The notes below the pieces were generated by a model. That model had not been told where the DNA came from. It did not search any database and saw nothing but the letters and a program-made list of their open reading frames with translations. The position numbers were made by a program, and so were the translations under genes. Of a stretch of 64,000 bases of DNA, positions 46,976 to 60,656 are shown in pieces; position 1 is the first letter of the stretch; each line of letters begins with the position of its first letter. The DNA is from Camelus dromedarius. Its lineage: Eukaryota. The stretch covers positions 59,088,001 to 59,152,000 of the forward strand of contig NC_087436.1 of assembly GCF_036321535.1 (NCBI RefSeq). Direction: 5' to 3'.

Positions 46976-49900
46976 CATACTGTTTTTATTATTATGGCTT
47001 TGTAGTTTAGCTTGAAATCTAGAACTGTGATACCTCTAGCTTTGTTCTTTTTTTCCATGATTTATTAACTTTTTGAGACCTTTTACAATTCCACACCAAT
47101 GTTAGTATTGTTTCTTCTATTTCTTTGAGGAATGCCCTTGGTATTTTGAGGGAGAATGCACTGAGTCTAGATGGCTTTGGATAGTATGATCATTTTAACA
47201 ATATTAATTCTTCCATGAATACAGGATGTCTGTCCATTTGTTTGTATCTTCTTTGATTTCTTTTACCAATGTCTTGTTTTCACTGTACAGATCTTACACT
47301 TCTTTGGTTAAATCGATTCCTAAGTAATTTACCTTTTTGATAGGGTACAGTGTTCTATATTTCATCCTCACATGTTTTCATCATTAATATAAAGAAATGC
47401 ATCTGATTTTTATATGTTGATTTTGTATCCTGCTCTTTACTGAAATCATTGATTAATTCCAACAGTTATTTTTTCCTGTCTTACTCTTTGGTATATTCTA
47501 TATATAAGATTATATTATCAGCAAATAGCAACAATTGTACTTTTTACTTTTTGATTTTGATGCCTTTTCTTTGTCTTGCCTAATTGCTCTAGGTAGGACT
47601 TCCAGTAATATCTTTACTACGAGTTGAGAGTGGGCATCCTTGCCTTGTTTCTGATCTTTTGAAAAATACTTTGAATTTTCCTGCATTGAATATAGTGTTA
47701 GCTGTGGGTTTGTTGTGTATCACCATTGTTATGGTAAAGTGTGTTTCTTTTATGTCCAATCTGTTAAAGATTTTTATCAAATAAGGATACTGTATTTTAT
47801 CAAATACTTTTTCTGTGTCTATTGAGATAATCATGTGATTTTTATCTTTCATTTTATTGATGTGATGTTTCACATTTATTGATTTGCATGTGTTGAACCA
47901 TCCTACATCATATGGACAAGTCCCACTTGGTTATGGTGTACAGTTCTTTTAATGTGTTCTTGAATTCAGTTTCCTAATATTTTGTTGAGAATTTTTGCAT
48001 ATCGATGCAAATTGGATGGATATAGTCCATCAGGGATATTAAGCTATAGTTTTGTTTGTTTTGTGGCATTCTTATCTGGTTTTGGTGTCAAGGTACTGCT
48101 GACTTCATAGAATATACTCTGAACTATTTTCTCCTTGATATTTTGGAAGGGTTTGATAAATATTGGTCTTATTTCTTTAAATAGTTGGTAGAATTCTCCA
48201 ATGAAGCTTTCTGGTCCTGGAGCTTTCTGTGTTGGGAGTTTTTGAATACTGGTTCACTCTCTAGTCATTCTTGGTCTGTTAGGATTTTTCTATTTCTTCT
48301 TGATTCAGTTTTATTTGATTGTGTGTTTCTAGAAATTTATCCATTTCTTCAAGGTTATACAATTTGTTGGCATATAACTGTTCATAGTAGCCTCATGAAT
48401 CTCCATATTTCTGTAGTATCAGTTACAATGTCTCCATTTTTATTTCAGATTTTATTTATTTGAGTTTTTTTTTTAAGTCAGTTTAGCTAAAGGTTCATCA
48501 ATTTTGCTTATCTTTTAGAAGAACCAACTCTTAGTTTCAATAGTCTGTTCTATTGTTTTTCTGGTCTCTATTTCATTTATTTCCACTGTGATCTTTATTT
48601 CCTTCCTTCTAACTTCAGGCTTAATTTGTTATTTTTTTCTGGTTCCTTGAGGTGTAAAGTTAGGTTGTTAATTTGAGATCTTTCTAATTTTTCATACGTG
48701 TTTATTGCTATAAACTTTTCAGTTAGAACTGCTTTTGCTGTATCACACAATATTTGATAGGTTGTACTTCTGTTCATTTGTTTCAAGATAATCTTTGTTT
48801 CCTTTTGATTCTTTTCTTTGACTCATTGGTTGCTCAGAAGTGTGTTGTTTAGTTTCCATATATTTCTAGATCTTCTTACATGCCTCTTGTTGATTTCTAG
48901 CTTCATACCATTGTGGTCAGAGAAGAAATTTGGTATGATTTCAATTTTCTTAAATTTGCTAATATTTGTTTTGTGTCCTATTATATTATCTATCCTGAAG
49001 AATGTTCCATGTGCACTTGAGAATGTGTATTCTGTTACTCTTGGATGGACTGTTTTATATATATCCATTGAGTTCATTTGTTCTAATGTGTGGTTTCTTT
49101 CCAATATTTGTTGATTTTCCATTTGGACAATCTGTCCATTAATGGGGTATTCAAGTCCCCTATTATTGTATTGCTGTCTATTTCTCCCTTAAAGTCTGTT
49201 AGTATTTGCTTCATATTTCAGTGCTTGGGAGTTGGAAATTATTTATTTATAGGCAGTTGTATCTTCTTGATGTATAGACACCTTTATAATTATATAATGA
49301 CCTTCTTTGTCTCTTGTTGCCCTTTTAGGCTTGAAGTCTATTTTGTCTAGTATAAGTATGACTGTGCTTGCCTTCTTTTGGCTTCCATTTGCTGTAAATA
49401 TTATCTTCAATCCTTTTACTTTGAGCCTACATGTGTCTTTAGAGCTGAAATATTCTCCTGTAGGCAGCATTTAGTTGAGTCTTTTTTTTTTTTTTTTTTT
49501 TTAAATCCATGTAGTCACTCTGTGCCTTTTGATTGGTGAGTTCAGTCCATTTACATTTAGGGAGATTATTATGTAAGAATTTTCTATGGGTATTTTATTT
49601 TTTGCCTTCTGGTTATTTTGTCTCTCTGGTGGTTTTTTGTTTGTTTGCTTATGTCTGCCTTTGTAACTTGGCAGTTTTCCATGGTGATTTGCTCAATCTC
49701 CCCTGTGTGATTACCATGAGGTTTACACAGAACATCTCATAGATACTACAGTCTCTTTTATGCTGATAGCAATTTATTTATCTTCATTTGCTATAAAGGT
49801 GCCATCTTTTTACTGTTTTTTTATATTTTTGATGCCACCAATGATCTTTTTTTATGCTGTGATTTTGTTGTGTTTTTGTAGTAGCTATAGTTATTTTTAA

Positions 49901-51835
49901 TGCTCCTTTCTTTATCCTTTATAGTGTAATTGAGTGTTTAATATACTATTCTAAAAAAGAGTTTTCTAATTCTGACTATATTATATAAATCTGAGTTTTG
50001 TGTACTTTTCCTTCAGTTTAAAGAGCTACTTTCAACATTTTTTGTAAGGCTGATCATGCTGACTCCCTTAGCTTTTGTCTGGGAAAGCCTTTATTTCTCC
50101 TTAATGATTGAAGGTAACATTTGACAGAGTATTTTTGGCTGACAATTTTTATCTTTCAATCTTTGACTATGTCATTGTACTCTCTCTTGAGCTTCTGCTG
50201 AGAAATCTGCTGATAGCCTAAGGGGAGGTCCTTTGTAGGCTATCTTCTTTTATTCTCCTGGCTGCCTTTAAATTTCTTTATTGTTGACTTTTGATAGTTT
50301 TAATGTAATGTGTCTTGTAGAAAGTCTTTTTTTTTTTCATTAAGATAGTAAGGTGTTTTATTAGCTTCATGGACTTATATATCCAGTTCCTTCTCCAGGT
50401 TTGGGAAGTTCTCACCTATTGGTTCTTTAAATATGCTCTCTGTTCCCTTCTTCCACCTTTCTCCTTCTGGGATACTCATTAATTTTATGTTGACACTTCT
50501 AATGGAGTCTGATAGTTCTCAGAGTTTCTTCACTTTTAAGAACCTTAGTTCTTAATCCTTTCCACTGGAAACATTTCTATGTCCCTATCCTTGAGCTTTC
50601 TTATTCTCTCTTCCATCTGACTTGCTCTATTTCCAGTGTTTTCTAATGCATTCTTCATCTCATTTATTGAGTTCTTTAGCTCAAGAATTTCTGTTTGGTT
50701 CTTTTTGAGAATTTCAATCTCTTTAAGTACTCCTGCTCATTAATTTCATTTTTGAGATCGCTGTATTGCCTTTATGAATTTTCTCGTAGCTCATTGAATT
50801 TCTTAACATCTATTTTGAATTCTCTGTCAGTTACATTGCAATAGTCCATGTCTTTGGCTTTGATTACTAGAAAATTTTCATTCTTTTTTTGTGATACCTA
50901 TTATTGTGACTTTTCATAATGTTTGATTAAAAGTGCCTCTACCACTACATCTGAAGTAGTGAACATCTTTTTTTATTTAGGTAAGGCTTTGTTTACTTAG
51001 ATTCTAACAATTCAACAGATTGGTAATTAGGAGTCTTTCATTTTCCAGAATGTGGTGTTATAACACACGTTTTTGGTTTGTCTTATCAAAGCTGACTCAG
51101 TGCTAAGGTTGGGAATGCACATAAAATAAGCTGGAGAGAGAGAAAAAGAGCTTGATGGCAGATGAGGGGTGAGGTGTGTCCTTAGCACTTTAGGCTTTGG
51201 GTGTGCCCACAGCTTGGTAAGGGGATCTTTGAGTTGTAGTCCCAGATGTCTTTGGGCCATCCTTTTGCCAGAATCCCTGTGCAGACATTTTTAGTTCTCT
51301 TTGTTAGGTTTCCCCCTTTCCTTTCCTTTCCTTTCCTTCCCCCAAGTCACTGTGATCTGTCCTCAGAGAGAGCAGTGAGTCCCTTCAGCTGTAGGCGGGT
51401 GTAGCTGGCTAAACCCCTACTGACCCTCTTCACCCTCCACCTCCTCTGCCATAGAGGTCGTGGTGGCCCACTGCCTCCTCTGCTACAACTGCCTCTGCCA
51501 CTCCCATCACCTCCACCATCACTCTTCTGGATTCTCTAGTCAGGGTTTCTAGTTGGTCAGGACTGGGTACTACACTCAGCAGTAGGCGGAACTATGAATT
51601 AGCTTCCTTGCTCTCAGAGGGCAGCATAATGGAACCCAGGATTTACATGGCTCATGTTTGGGGAACCCTAATCAGGCAAGATTATCTACTGAATATCCTG
51701 GTTAGCTGGGGTTGCCGACCTTGCTCTGCAGACAGGGAAAACCATGGGCTGTGCTCTCTGTTCAAGTGCCACTGTTAACAGGGTTGTTGGATGGGCTATG
51801 CATCTTTCCATGTGCTCTGGTACATAAGATTAGCC
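46976..51835 (-). mobile_element. Third L1: ORF2 (to ~49560), ORF1 (~50000-50950) and 5' region; 3' end missing
   Basis: HHINKMKDKNHMIISIDTEKVFDKIQYP, YTFSSAHGTFFRIDNIIGHK and ILILDKIDFKPKRATRDKEGHYIIIK; ORF1 signature cttctgctgagaaatctgctgatagcc. Confidence 0.88.
49482..49502. repeat. Poly(T) tract within L1
   Basis: Seen directly. Confidence 0.9.
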
Positions 51836-53140
51836 TTTATTTATTATTTTCTGTAGTGATAGGTGCCAGAGGCTTCAAATTCCTCTAGTGTTCTTGTTTT
51901 GGTCTCATTTGTTGACCATGGCTTCTGTAAGTACACTTCAGAGAGTCTATACTTTGCAACAATTTTAGCTGTAATCCACTGTTATATTGGAGCCCTACTG
52001 GTGCAGTGGTAAGTTGTGAGAGAGGGAAAGTGTTCTATAATATGATAAAATCTCAGTCCTTTTTTCCCGGGCTATGAACTTCACAAGAATTTCTTAGCGT
52101 CTCCCCACCCCTTAAGTAAGAGAAAAGCTAGAGGGGGCTGGAGTGGGAAAAATACCCTTCCCCTAAATGGTATAAATTTGCAGTAAAATCTTTTTCCTGG
52201 AGAATAGACTTTGTTAGGGAGAATGCTCTGGACATATTTTACAATGACTTTTATTCTCCTTGGCCAGGAGGAGATCATTCTTGGATCTTTTTCATGTGAA
52301 CTTGGTAGATTTCCTGGATGTAAAATTCATGAAAGTATGAGGTCCTCCCAAGACTGTGTGCCTGTGAGTGTCTTACACTTATACTCATCTATACAATTAT
52401 ACTCATCAAGCTCCAACAATTCATTAAAATTACAATTTAAGTATTCCTGTCGGATTGTCTCTCTAGTGGTGTCTGCTCCAGGAAAACTGATTTTGGCTGT
52501 GATTCTCTAGATTTGATTGTTTTCCTATTTCAGGGTTACTGTTTGCCTTGCAACCTAGTTGTGTTGATCTGGGTCCATGAAAGATCATTGGTTTTCAGTT
52601 TGTTTAACTTTTCCTTACCGTCAGGGTTGAAATGGTAATTTCTAAGAGCTTTACAAGTTGGAGCTGAAATAATCTTTCAATTATATATTTTATTTAAGAA
52701 AGTTTCCTTGAATTTTAGTTAGCTATGTATTTTATCATAAATATTGGTTAATCATTATCAAGAACTTTTTTTAGACACTAATTAAATATGTGATTTTTTT
52801 CTAATTGTTTTTTTGATGGACTACATTAATTTTTCTGATGTTGAAAATGCATCTTTGCATTCTTGGTATGAAGTCTTCACGATTATGATATATTTTGTTT
52901 AATTTTGGTTCGATTGCCTAATACTTTATTTTTATATTTTTCTTCTATGGCCATAAGTAAAATGGATCTAGGATTTTCTTTTTACTTCTTGTTTATAAGT
53001 AAAATGGGTCTATATTTTTCCTTAATTTGGAAACCTGTTTATAATAATCTTATAAGTGGTACTTGGAAGCTTTGGATTTTTTCAAATTTCTACAATAATA
53101 ATTTGGGAATTAACTATTCCTCGTGAGATTGGTAGAAACT
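51836..53140 (-). mobile_element. Older L1 5'-region and ORF2 remnants
   Basis: gccagaggcttcaaattcctctagtg... resembles an old L1M 5' region; tctttgcattcttggtatgaa...ttcgattgcctaatac resembles ORF2. Confidence 0.55.
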
Positions 53141-53479
53141 TGTACCCTTTCAACACCAAGCTGTGAGGTTTAATTGTAAATGAATAGATCCAGTGACTGT
53201 AGCCCTAAGCCCTTGCTCCTAGCACTCCTGTGAACCACATCTTAGTCAACTGTCTTGGGAATTACTTCTAGGAGTTGGATTATAAATACCATGAAAAGTT
53301 TGCACGTTTATTCATAGTAGTGATATTCTAAATGTAAAGAAATCCAGTGCCTGGTAAGTCTGCTTTGTGTGACTTGCCATAGTCGTGTGCTTTTCTAATT
53401 GCCTAAGAACCCACACAGATTCTGTAGGATGACTACAGTAGACAAAATGAATTTGAAAGATTTTAAATGATATATGTGA

Positions 53480-53680
53480 AATACTGTGACAGGGTTTTTT
53501 CATATATATTATCTAATTTAGTCTTTAACCTTTTGTGGTAGGAATTATTAGCCACATTTTCACATATGAGAAAATTGAAGATTTATAGAATTCAGTAGTT
53601 TTGCCAGATCTGTATAACCAGTAAGCTATGCAGCCAAGGTTCAGAGTTACTTCCCTCCCACTCCAGAGCTGTTACTCAGT
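53480..53680 (-). mobile_element. MIR
   Basis: gtaggaattattagccacattttcacatatgagaaaattgaaga...ctccagagc. Confidence 0.75.
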
Positions 53681-53864
53681 GGCCACTTTTTCTGTGCTAC
53701 ACAAGTACGTTATCACTGTGATAACTTACACTGGCCCTGTTTTTCTGTCTCAAACTTCTGTTTCGAATATAGGGTGACTGCTCTGATTATTTAGAAACCT
53801 TTCTTAATAACTCTGATAGAAATAATTTTTCTCTTTTCTGTATTTATATAGAACAGCACTGTCT

Positions 53865-54120
53865 GATAGAGCCATCTGGGCCTCTTACTGGCCATGTGAC
53901 TTGGGGACAAATTGATAATCCTTATTGTTCTCAAAGGTAAAATAGGAATAATAATATGAATGTCTACCATAGGCTTGTTGTGAGGATTACATAAGAAAAT
54001 CCATGTTTTTGTTTTTTTCTTAATTTTTAACTTTATGTGTATTTCTTATTCATGTTAAGCATTTAACATCATGCCTACATATATAGGACATCACTCAGTA
54101 ATTGTTAGGCATTATTAAAA
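53865..54120 (+). mobile_element. MIR
   Basis: ttactggccatgtgacttgggg...gtaaaataggaataataata...cataggcttgttgtgaggatta. Confidence 0.8.
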
Positions 54121-57100
54121 TTAATAAGAATCTGTTTTGGGTCACTAGACAGAGCTCCTAACCAGTATTTCTACGTGAATAAATGAAACGTTAATTTAAA
54201 CACCTGAGTATAAGTAAATGATCATTTCGCCTTTATGTCCTAAGTGCAGAGCACACAATCTGGCGGATGGTGGGGAACCATACATATAGGTGGGTTACAT
54301 ATGCACGGACGTAGCTGGTTATGCATGTACTGTAATAAGGCTGTCAGAATGGCTTCATTCAGGAATACTAACATTGTCCTTAATAACAACAACAAAAAAA
54401 GGAAAGTTCTTTAAAGTGTAGATAATTCTTCTGAGTGATTGTAACCCTATTAATTTTAAATCTTATATTCACTATTTTACCTGCTCCAAAGCATGGAGGA
54501 GGTTTTTCAACATCAGAACTTTCAGTGGAAAATTGAGAATCTATTATTACTAATCTAGGCTTTAAGGCTTTCATGCATATGTTGAGAGGAAGCTTAACAG
54601 GAGGAGGTAATTTATAAGGCTGCTATCTCATTTAGGAATTACTGGAGAGAGAGAGAATTGGAACACCTTGACCGTACAATATAATGAAAACAAAATAGCC
54701 AAGACTTTGGCTAGTTGTATTTTTTCCTGTCCTCTATCTGATATACTGCTCAAATGTTAAGCCATGCCGTTTTCCTGCCAGCTCTGTTTGTCAGCTAAGC
54801 ACAGCATCAATACTCTGTTACCAATACTGGTAAGAGGCAGTAGTTTCAGTTCATAATATACTATCATCAAATATCTTGGGAAACTGTTTTATCACCTCCT
54901 GCAGTTGAGTGGTTCAAGTAGTCCTAATAATGTGAATAATTCCTCTCTAATAAGTATTTGTACAGTCTCTTTTGAAAGATGAATGTAATCATCTTTGGGG
55001 CAAAACCAAATTGCATATTTCCAATGACTCCAATTTTATGTTTTATGTGATAGCATGATTGTCCTAATCTATGTAATAGGCTTATCTGTAATGTGAATGA
55101 GTTGATGTGAATGGCTGTGTTGGTTCCTGAACTTCATTATGAAAGATGCCTCTGGAAACTTCTACATTCAGACCTTGTTTCTGAAAGTAGGGGTTGATGT
55201 AACTCTTACTGATTAGATGAGATGTTAGTTTAAGTTGATCTACAAATATCCTACATCAACTTTTTGTGTTCTACTAATTATGTTGATTATCTTTCTGACT
55301 TTTTATTATGACTCAGGTAGATTAATGTTTATTCTTTTAATTTCAACAACATGTAATATTATTATCTCGCTAGCCTACATCTGTTCTTAGGCAATTATAA
55401 ATGGTAGGTTTTCATTTTAGTTTCCACACACAAGACAATCCTTCAATATACTGTTTAAAATCTTTATATTCAGTTTTTAGCAACATGGAAGTCTGCTGGT
55501 TAGCCATGTGTTTTTTGTTCTTTGTTTTGTTTGTTTGTTTATTTCTTTGTTTCTTGCCAATAAATATTCTTTATTTTAAGGAACTTATATACAGAACAGT
55601 GATTATGGCTAGTGAGATGGTGCTACAGTTTTATCAAATGTACTCAACTTAAGTGATACTTGGATCCAGAAGCTGTCAGGTAACACTTTTGAGCCATCTG
55701 TTCTGTTTAAGGATAAAACTCTTATCAGCCTCTGACCTAAGGTATCCAGTATAGACTCTTTAATGTCAGCCATATAGTTGAATTTCTGGGATGTGGTTAG
55801 ATTTCACTGTTCAGTAGATTTCAAGACTGTGTATGTATGTATATCCCTCCTTATTTCTAGCTCTTTTTTAATAGAAAATATATATAATGTTGAGTCCAAA
55901 CTGGCATAAGAGATAAGAACACCTTCCACATGGTTTCTAACTAAAAATTAACCTTACTTAAATATTTCCTTTTTCATGTATAAGAACCTGTGAAGGGAAA
56001 AATAAAATTAACCCAAACAATAGCAATGCATCACAACATGCAAAAGCATCTTCTAGCATCATTTTGTTTTTTAGTTTTAGTCACATGATTACCCGTGTAT
56101 TATAAGTAATGCTTTTAGATGAAGCAATACCCTTTTCTACTGTGAAATTAGAGGTCTAGGGGAGCCCTACACGTGAGACTAAACCAAGTGCTACACTTGG
56201 CTAAATTATAATTAAATTACTTTTCTGTGATTATAACCATAACCAAAGGGTTTGTAGATGATTGCAAACAGAATTTAAAAGTGGAGTTTATGCATTCTCA
56301 TTAAGTCTTCAGAATAATCTCTAAAAGTTAATACCATCACTAATTTAATTAAAAAAATCAATACAGTGGTTTTTGACATTCTTTATAGAAAAAAAGAGTT
56401 CAGAATCAAAGGGAAACTCTTCCTGTGGTCAGGAAAATGGATTGAATCTTAAATCAAAAGGTCATACTACATATAAATTATAAAATACATTGGTCATTTC
56501 AGCTTTTTGAAATCACATTATATAAAAGCATACAACAGAAGAGCACCATTTACTATGAAGTTGTAAAGTTACAGACAATATCTGATTAACTCAAATAAAT
56601 AATATTAAGGTATACTTTTAAAGCCTGCAGTAGCATTTTAAGTATGTTCTTTCCTATTGGCTGTTATGGATGCCAAACAGATACATATTCATGCACTGTT
56701 TCAAATGCTTGAGTAGCTATTCTGATTCATTCATCTTCCAGCCATTTTAGAAAACTCCATATGTGTGTTTGTGTGTGTGTGAGAGAGACAGAATTTAGAA
56801 GAATTTTGTATTTTTTGTATTGTTACAAAATATATAGAATCAAGAAACAATTTCATAAATTACAAAGTCAAAACATTGAGATGTATTTTGAACTCTGATA
56901 AGTTGTAAAAAAAAAAATGAGGCTAAAGAGTACAGTCTAGAATGAAAAGATTCCATACATGTCTTGAAATGAAACAACAGTATCATATTCCTGTAATGGT
57001 GCCTGGGATATTGTACATTGTCACTGTGTATCAGAAATGGGGAAAATAGCATGGGGGCAGAGGATGTGGAAATAGAAGTGATGTCACCTGGATGATGAAG

Positions 57101-58344
57101 TAAGTGGCTTATTTCCCTTCTCCCAGTCATCACAACTGCAAGGACCTAGAAATAAATCACATTGCTTTATGCCCAGTGTGAATACATGTGTAAAACAATC
57201 TATCACCAAGACAGCTTCAGAACAAATTAATGTCATAATGAAAGCAGTCAAGTACCACACAACATATTTGTTGTTTTAAAATTTATTTTGCAGAAGAATT
57301 ATGCATATTTTTCCAATTGCCATGCTTATCAATCTTTTCTCAGAATATTAGTCAAATGGTGAAATTTCCATTAAATAAAATCACTGATCTTTTTGGGAAA
57401 TCAAGAACCACAAAAGAAATTATACTATGGCATTCAATATTACTAAAAATTATAATTTTCACAGTAATTTGCTATTTATTATCTTTCTCAGTAAATTTTT
57501 AGTTTTAGAGAATAGAAAATATTGGAACAAATGTTAACAATCTCAGACCAACATATATTAGAATACATCAAATTGTATTTTTCCCCTAAAATTAGGATCT
57601 AGCTAAGTTCATATTCCAATTCCCTTGAATTCCTGAAAACAAGATTTTGGAAGAGACAATTTATGGTAGGGTTATTCCTTACTCACATATTATTTAGGTA
57701 TACATTATTAACTACAAAATGAAATGTAATTCCTATAAAAATTTAAGACAGATAAATTTCTAGTTCTCATTTAATTTCAGTTCTTTCTGAATATTTAAGA
57801 AACTTTAAATCAGCTGTTAATTTTTGTCCCTACATGGAAACATCCAATTTTGCAGTTACCTTGTTGTGTAAATGTAAGGCAGCACAAACATATCAAATTC
57901 AACGTATGTATCAATATCCTCAGAAAATAAAGGAAAGAAATAATAAGATAATCTGGTAACAAGGTTACTTTTCATCTACTGTATGTTTTCCTTATGTTAC
58001 TTTATTGATCCTCTGCTTTAAAAAATATAACATGAAATTACTTCTCAGCATTTTTCCCAGTTGCCTTCAAGAAATGAGAACTAGGATGTCAGATTTTCTA
58101 GGTGGTTATCTGGAAATGCTGAAAGTGCTTTCCTCTCAGGGTTTTGTATTTATTGATCCAAACATCAACAATTGTTCTTAAAAACCTTTGGAATGAGTAG
58201 TATTCTGGTTTGCTGACATTGATCATTGCTCAGATTTTCTTTCCCAGCTGTATCGATGGAATTTTAAGAGTAAAGGAGATTGAGGCAGCACATGTATACT
58301 TGAATCATTCTGCCTCCTTGGGAGTAAGCCTAACTCTGGAGGGA

Positions 58345-58890
58345 AGCATAGTATAAATGGAAAGATCAAGGGTCATGAAGTCTAGTTCTGTTAAACATAC
58401 CTGTTGTGTGTCCCTGGCAAGTTACCTAACCTTTCTGATCTCATCTATGAAATGAGTAAAACAATAGCAAACTTACTAGGCTGCTGTAAGCTGAAAATGA
58501 ATGCTATGGACTGGATGTCCAGTCCCCCCAAAGTTAAATGTTAAAGCCTTAACCTCCATGTAATGGTACTTGGAGAAGGGACTTAGGAAAGTAATTAGGT
58601 TTAGATGAGGTCTTGATGGTGGGACCCTATGATGGGATTAGTGACCTTATAAGAAGAGAAACAGACCACAGCTTGTTTACTCTCTGCCATATGAGAAAAC
58701 AGAGGACACAGCTGTCTGCAAATTAGGATTTGAATCAGCTCTCACCTTGACCTTAGACCTCTGTCTGGGCTTCTAGAGCTGCAGGAAATAAATGTCTGTT
58801 GTTTAGGCCTCCCAGTCAGTGGTATTTTGTATTAGCAGCCAGAACTTACTAGAACAGTGAGGTAATGTTTGGAAAGCATGATCAGATGAA
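58345..58890 (+). mobile_element. MIR interrupted by an LTR
   Basis: tgtgtccctggcaagttacctaacctttctg...ctcatctatgaaatgag; resumes after 58856. Confidence 0.7.
58502..58856 (+). mobile_element. MaLR solo LTR (MLT1A-like)
   Basis: TGCTATGG...CA termini, aaataaatgtctgttgtttaggcctcccagtcagtggtattttgttat; degenerate 5-bp TSD ATGAA/GTGAG. Confidence 0.88.
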
Positions 58891-60656
58891 TTTTATGTTC
58901 AAGAGGAAGAAGTATGCTCGTTAGATTAAACTAGTGAAGTTAATGGGGCTACAGTGAAAGTTCTCTAGAAGGAAGTGTGATAGCCCACATTCTAGCTCAC
59001 TTACTCAGGTGGGAGAAGCTTCTCTGTATTAATCAACAGTTGCTATCGTGTCATCACTTCTGTGGGAAATTCACAAGGTCTGGAAGAGGGTGAACTGTCT
59101 TCATTCAGTTCCACGGTAACATGCCTTGAGAATGATAGCTTTGACTTCTGTTTTTGAGTTACGCTACTTGGAACTACAACTGGGTTCTGAGAAAGATCAA
59201 ATTTATTGTAAATAAATAGTTGGTGGATATGTTTGTGATTCTGTTGGTGAAAGAACTTGGCACAGATTGAGATTTGAAAAACATTTGGCAATGATAATGT
59301 ATATTGTTAGAGAAGTGGGCTTCTTTGTTTAGTTGGTTGGGAGTTGGCCGTTTGTTTTTATACTATGGTGCAATTCAGGTTTTCTAAGAACCCAAACTAG
59401 TTTATATTTTCTATCATCCCTGCCATGTGTGTAGATACATCCTAGAGCTGGCATGACAAATGTAACACACGGGAAAAGAACAAGAAAAAAAGTATAAATT
59501 ACTTAAGAATATTATGTGTGATTGAATTATTTCTTTCTTGAGGGAAAAAAAAAGAAAATACATTTAAAAAGACATGATAATAAAACCTAAATAGAGTCAA
59601 GCCCCAGAATGCAATTGAAATCCAGGTATAAATGAATCAGTGCTGCATTTAAATGGGTATATCGCCAGGGAAAAGCCTCTGGCCGTGGGGAATGTGACTC
59701 AGCAAGAAGAAAGGCAATCACAGACAGCACCTTTTCAGTCATCCCCCTTTCTCTTCCACGTTGATCTACACGTGGTTTAATGCAATTGTAAGTGGCTGTT
59801 TTGAAGCACTTCCTACTTCTATGAATATTTGGAATATAAAATTCTGAAAGTGAAAAAGTGGAACAAAATTGAGATTATAATGATAAAACTATACCCAATA
59901 TTCCAAGTTACCCACCATAGTGGGTTACCACTTCTTAATAATGAGAAAGGTGATAATGAATGTGGGTAATTGTGGAGAAGTAGTACTCACCATTCAATAA
60001 ACTGCTCCTACTACTCTATCAGCACCTAAGTGATTATGAAAGATCTTGGGAGGACTAGTGGAATGTGACCATTTGTCATGGGAATGTGGTCTTTAAATAC
60101 ATGATAATAAAGAGAAAATCTTAACTCTTAGGGGAGATATTATTTCCATTAAACACACCCAAGGTAAAGAAAACAAAACAAAATGTGAAGTTCCCTTTGA
60201 ATTCAGTAAATTATTTTGAATACAGTAACACTCAGAAAATAATAACAGGCTAGGATTGAATCTTGGGAAATAGAAGATGTAAAACACAGGTCATAGACTT
60301 GGATTAATTATGGAAATCTTTGTAAACATTTTAAGTTAGGTAAGCATGGGCATATCTACAAATGTTTAATGTGGACTAGAGGCTGGTTATTTTATTTCTA
60401 TCTCTAATCAATAAGTAACAGAAACGACTTGAATGATCTGTGGCCCTAGGTCCTTACCCTGAGCATATTGATACTGGTTGATTCACATTGTCAGCATCAC
60501 AGCTACAGTTTCATGGTGTCATCTGCACAAAGATGATGATGATCCAAAGAAGCAAAAATAGTTTGAGAGAGAATAATTTTGCTGCGACTCTTAGCATATA
60601 AAATCATTTGAAAAAAAAATTACTAAGTTCATAGAAAGACAGTTGCATGTTCCAAT

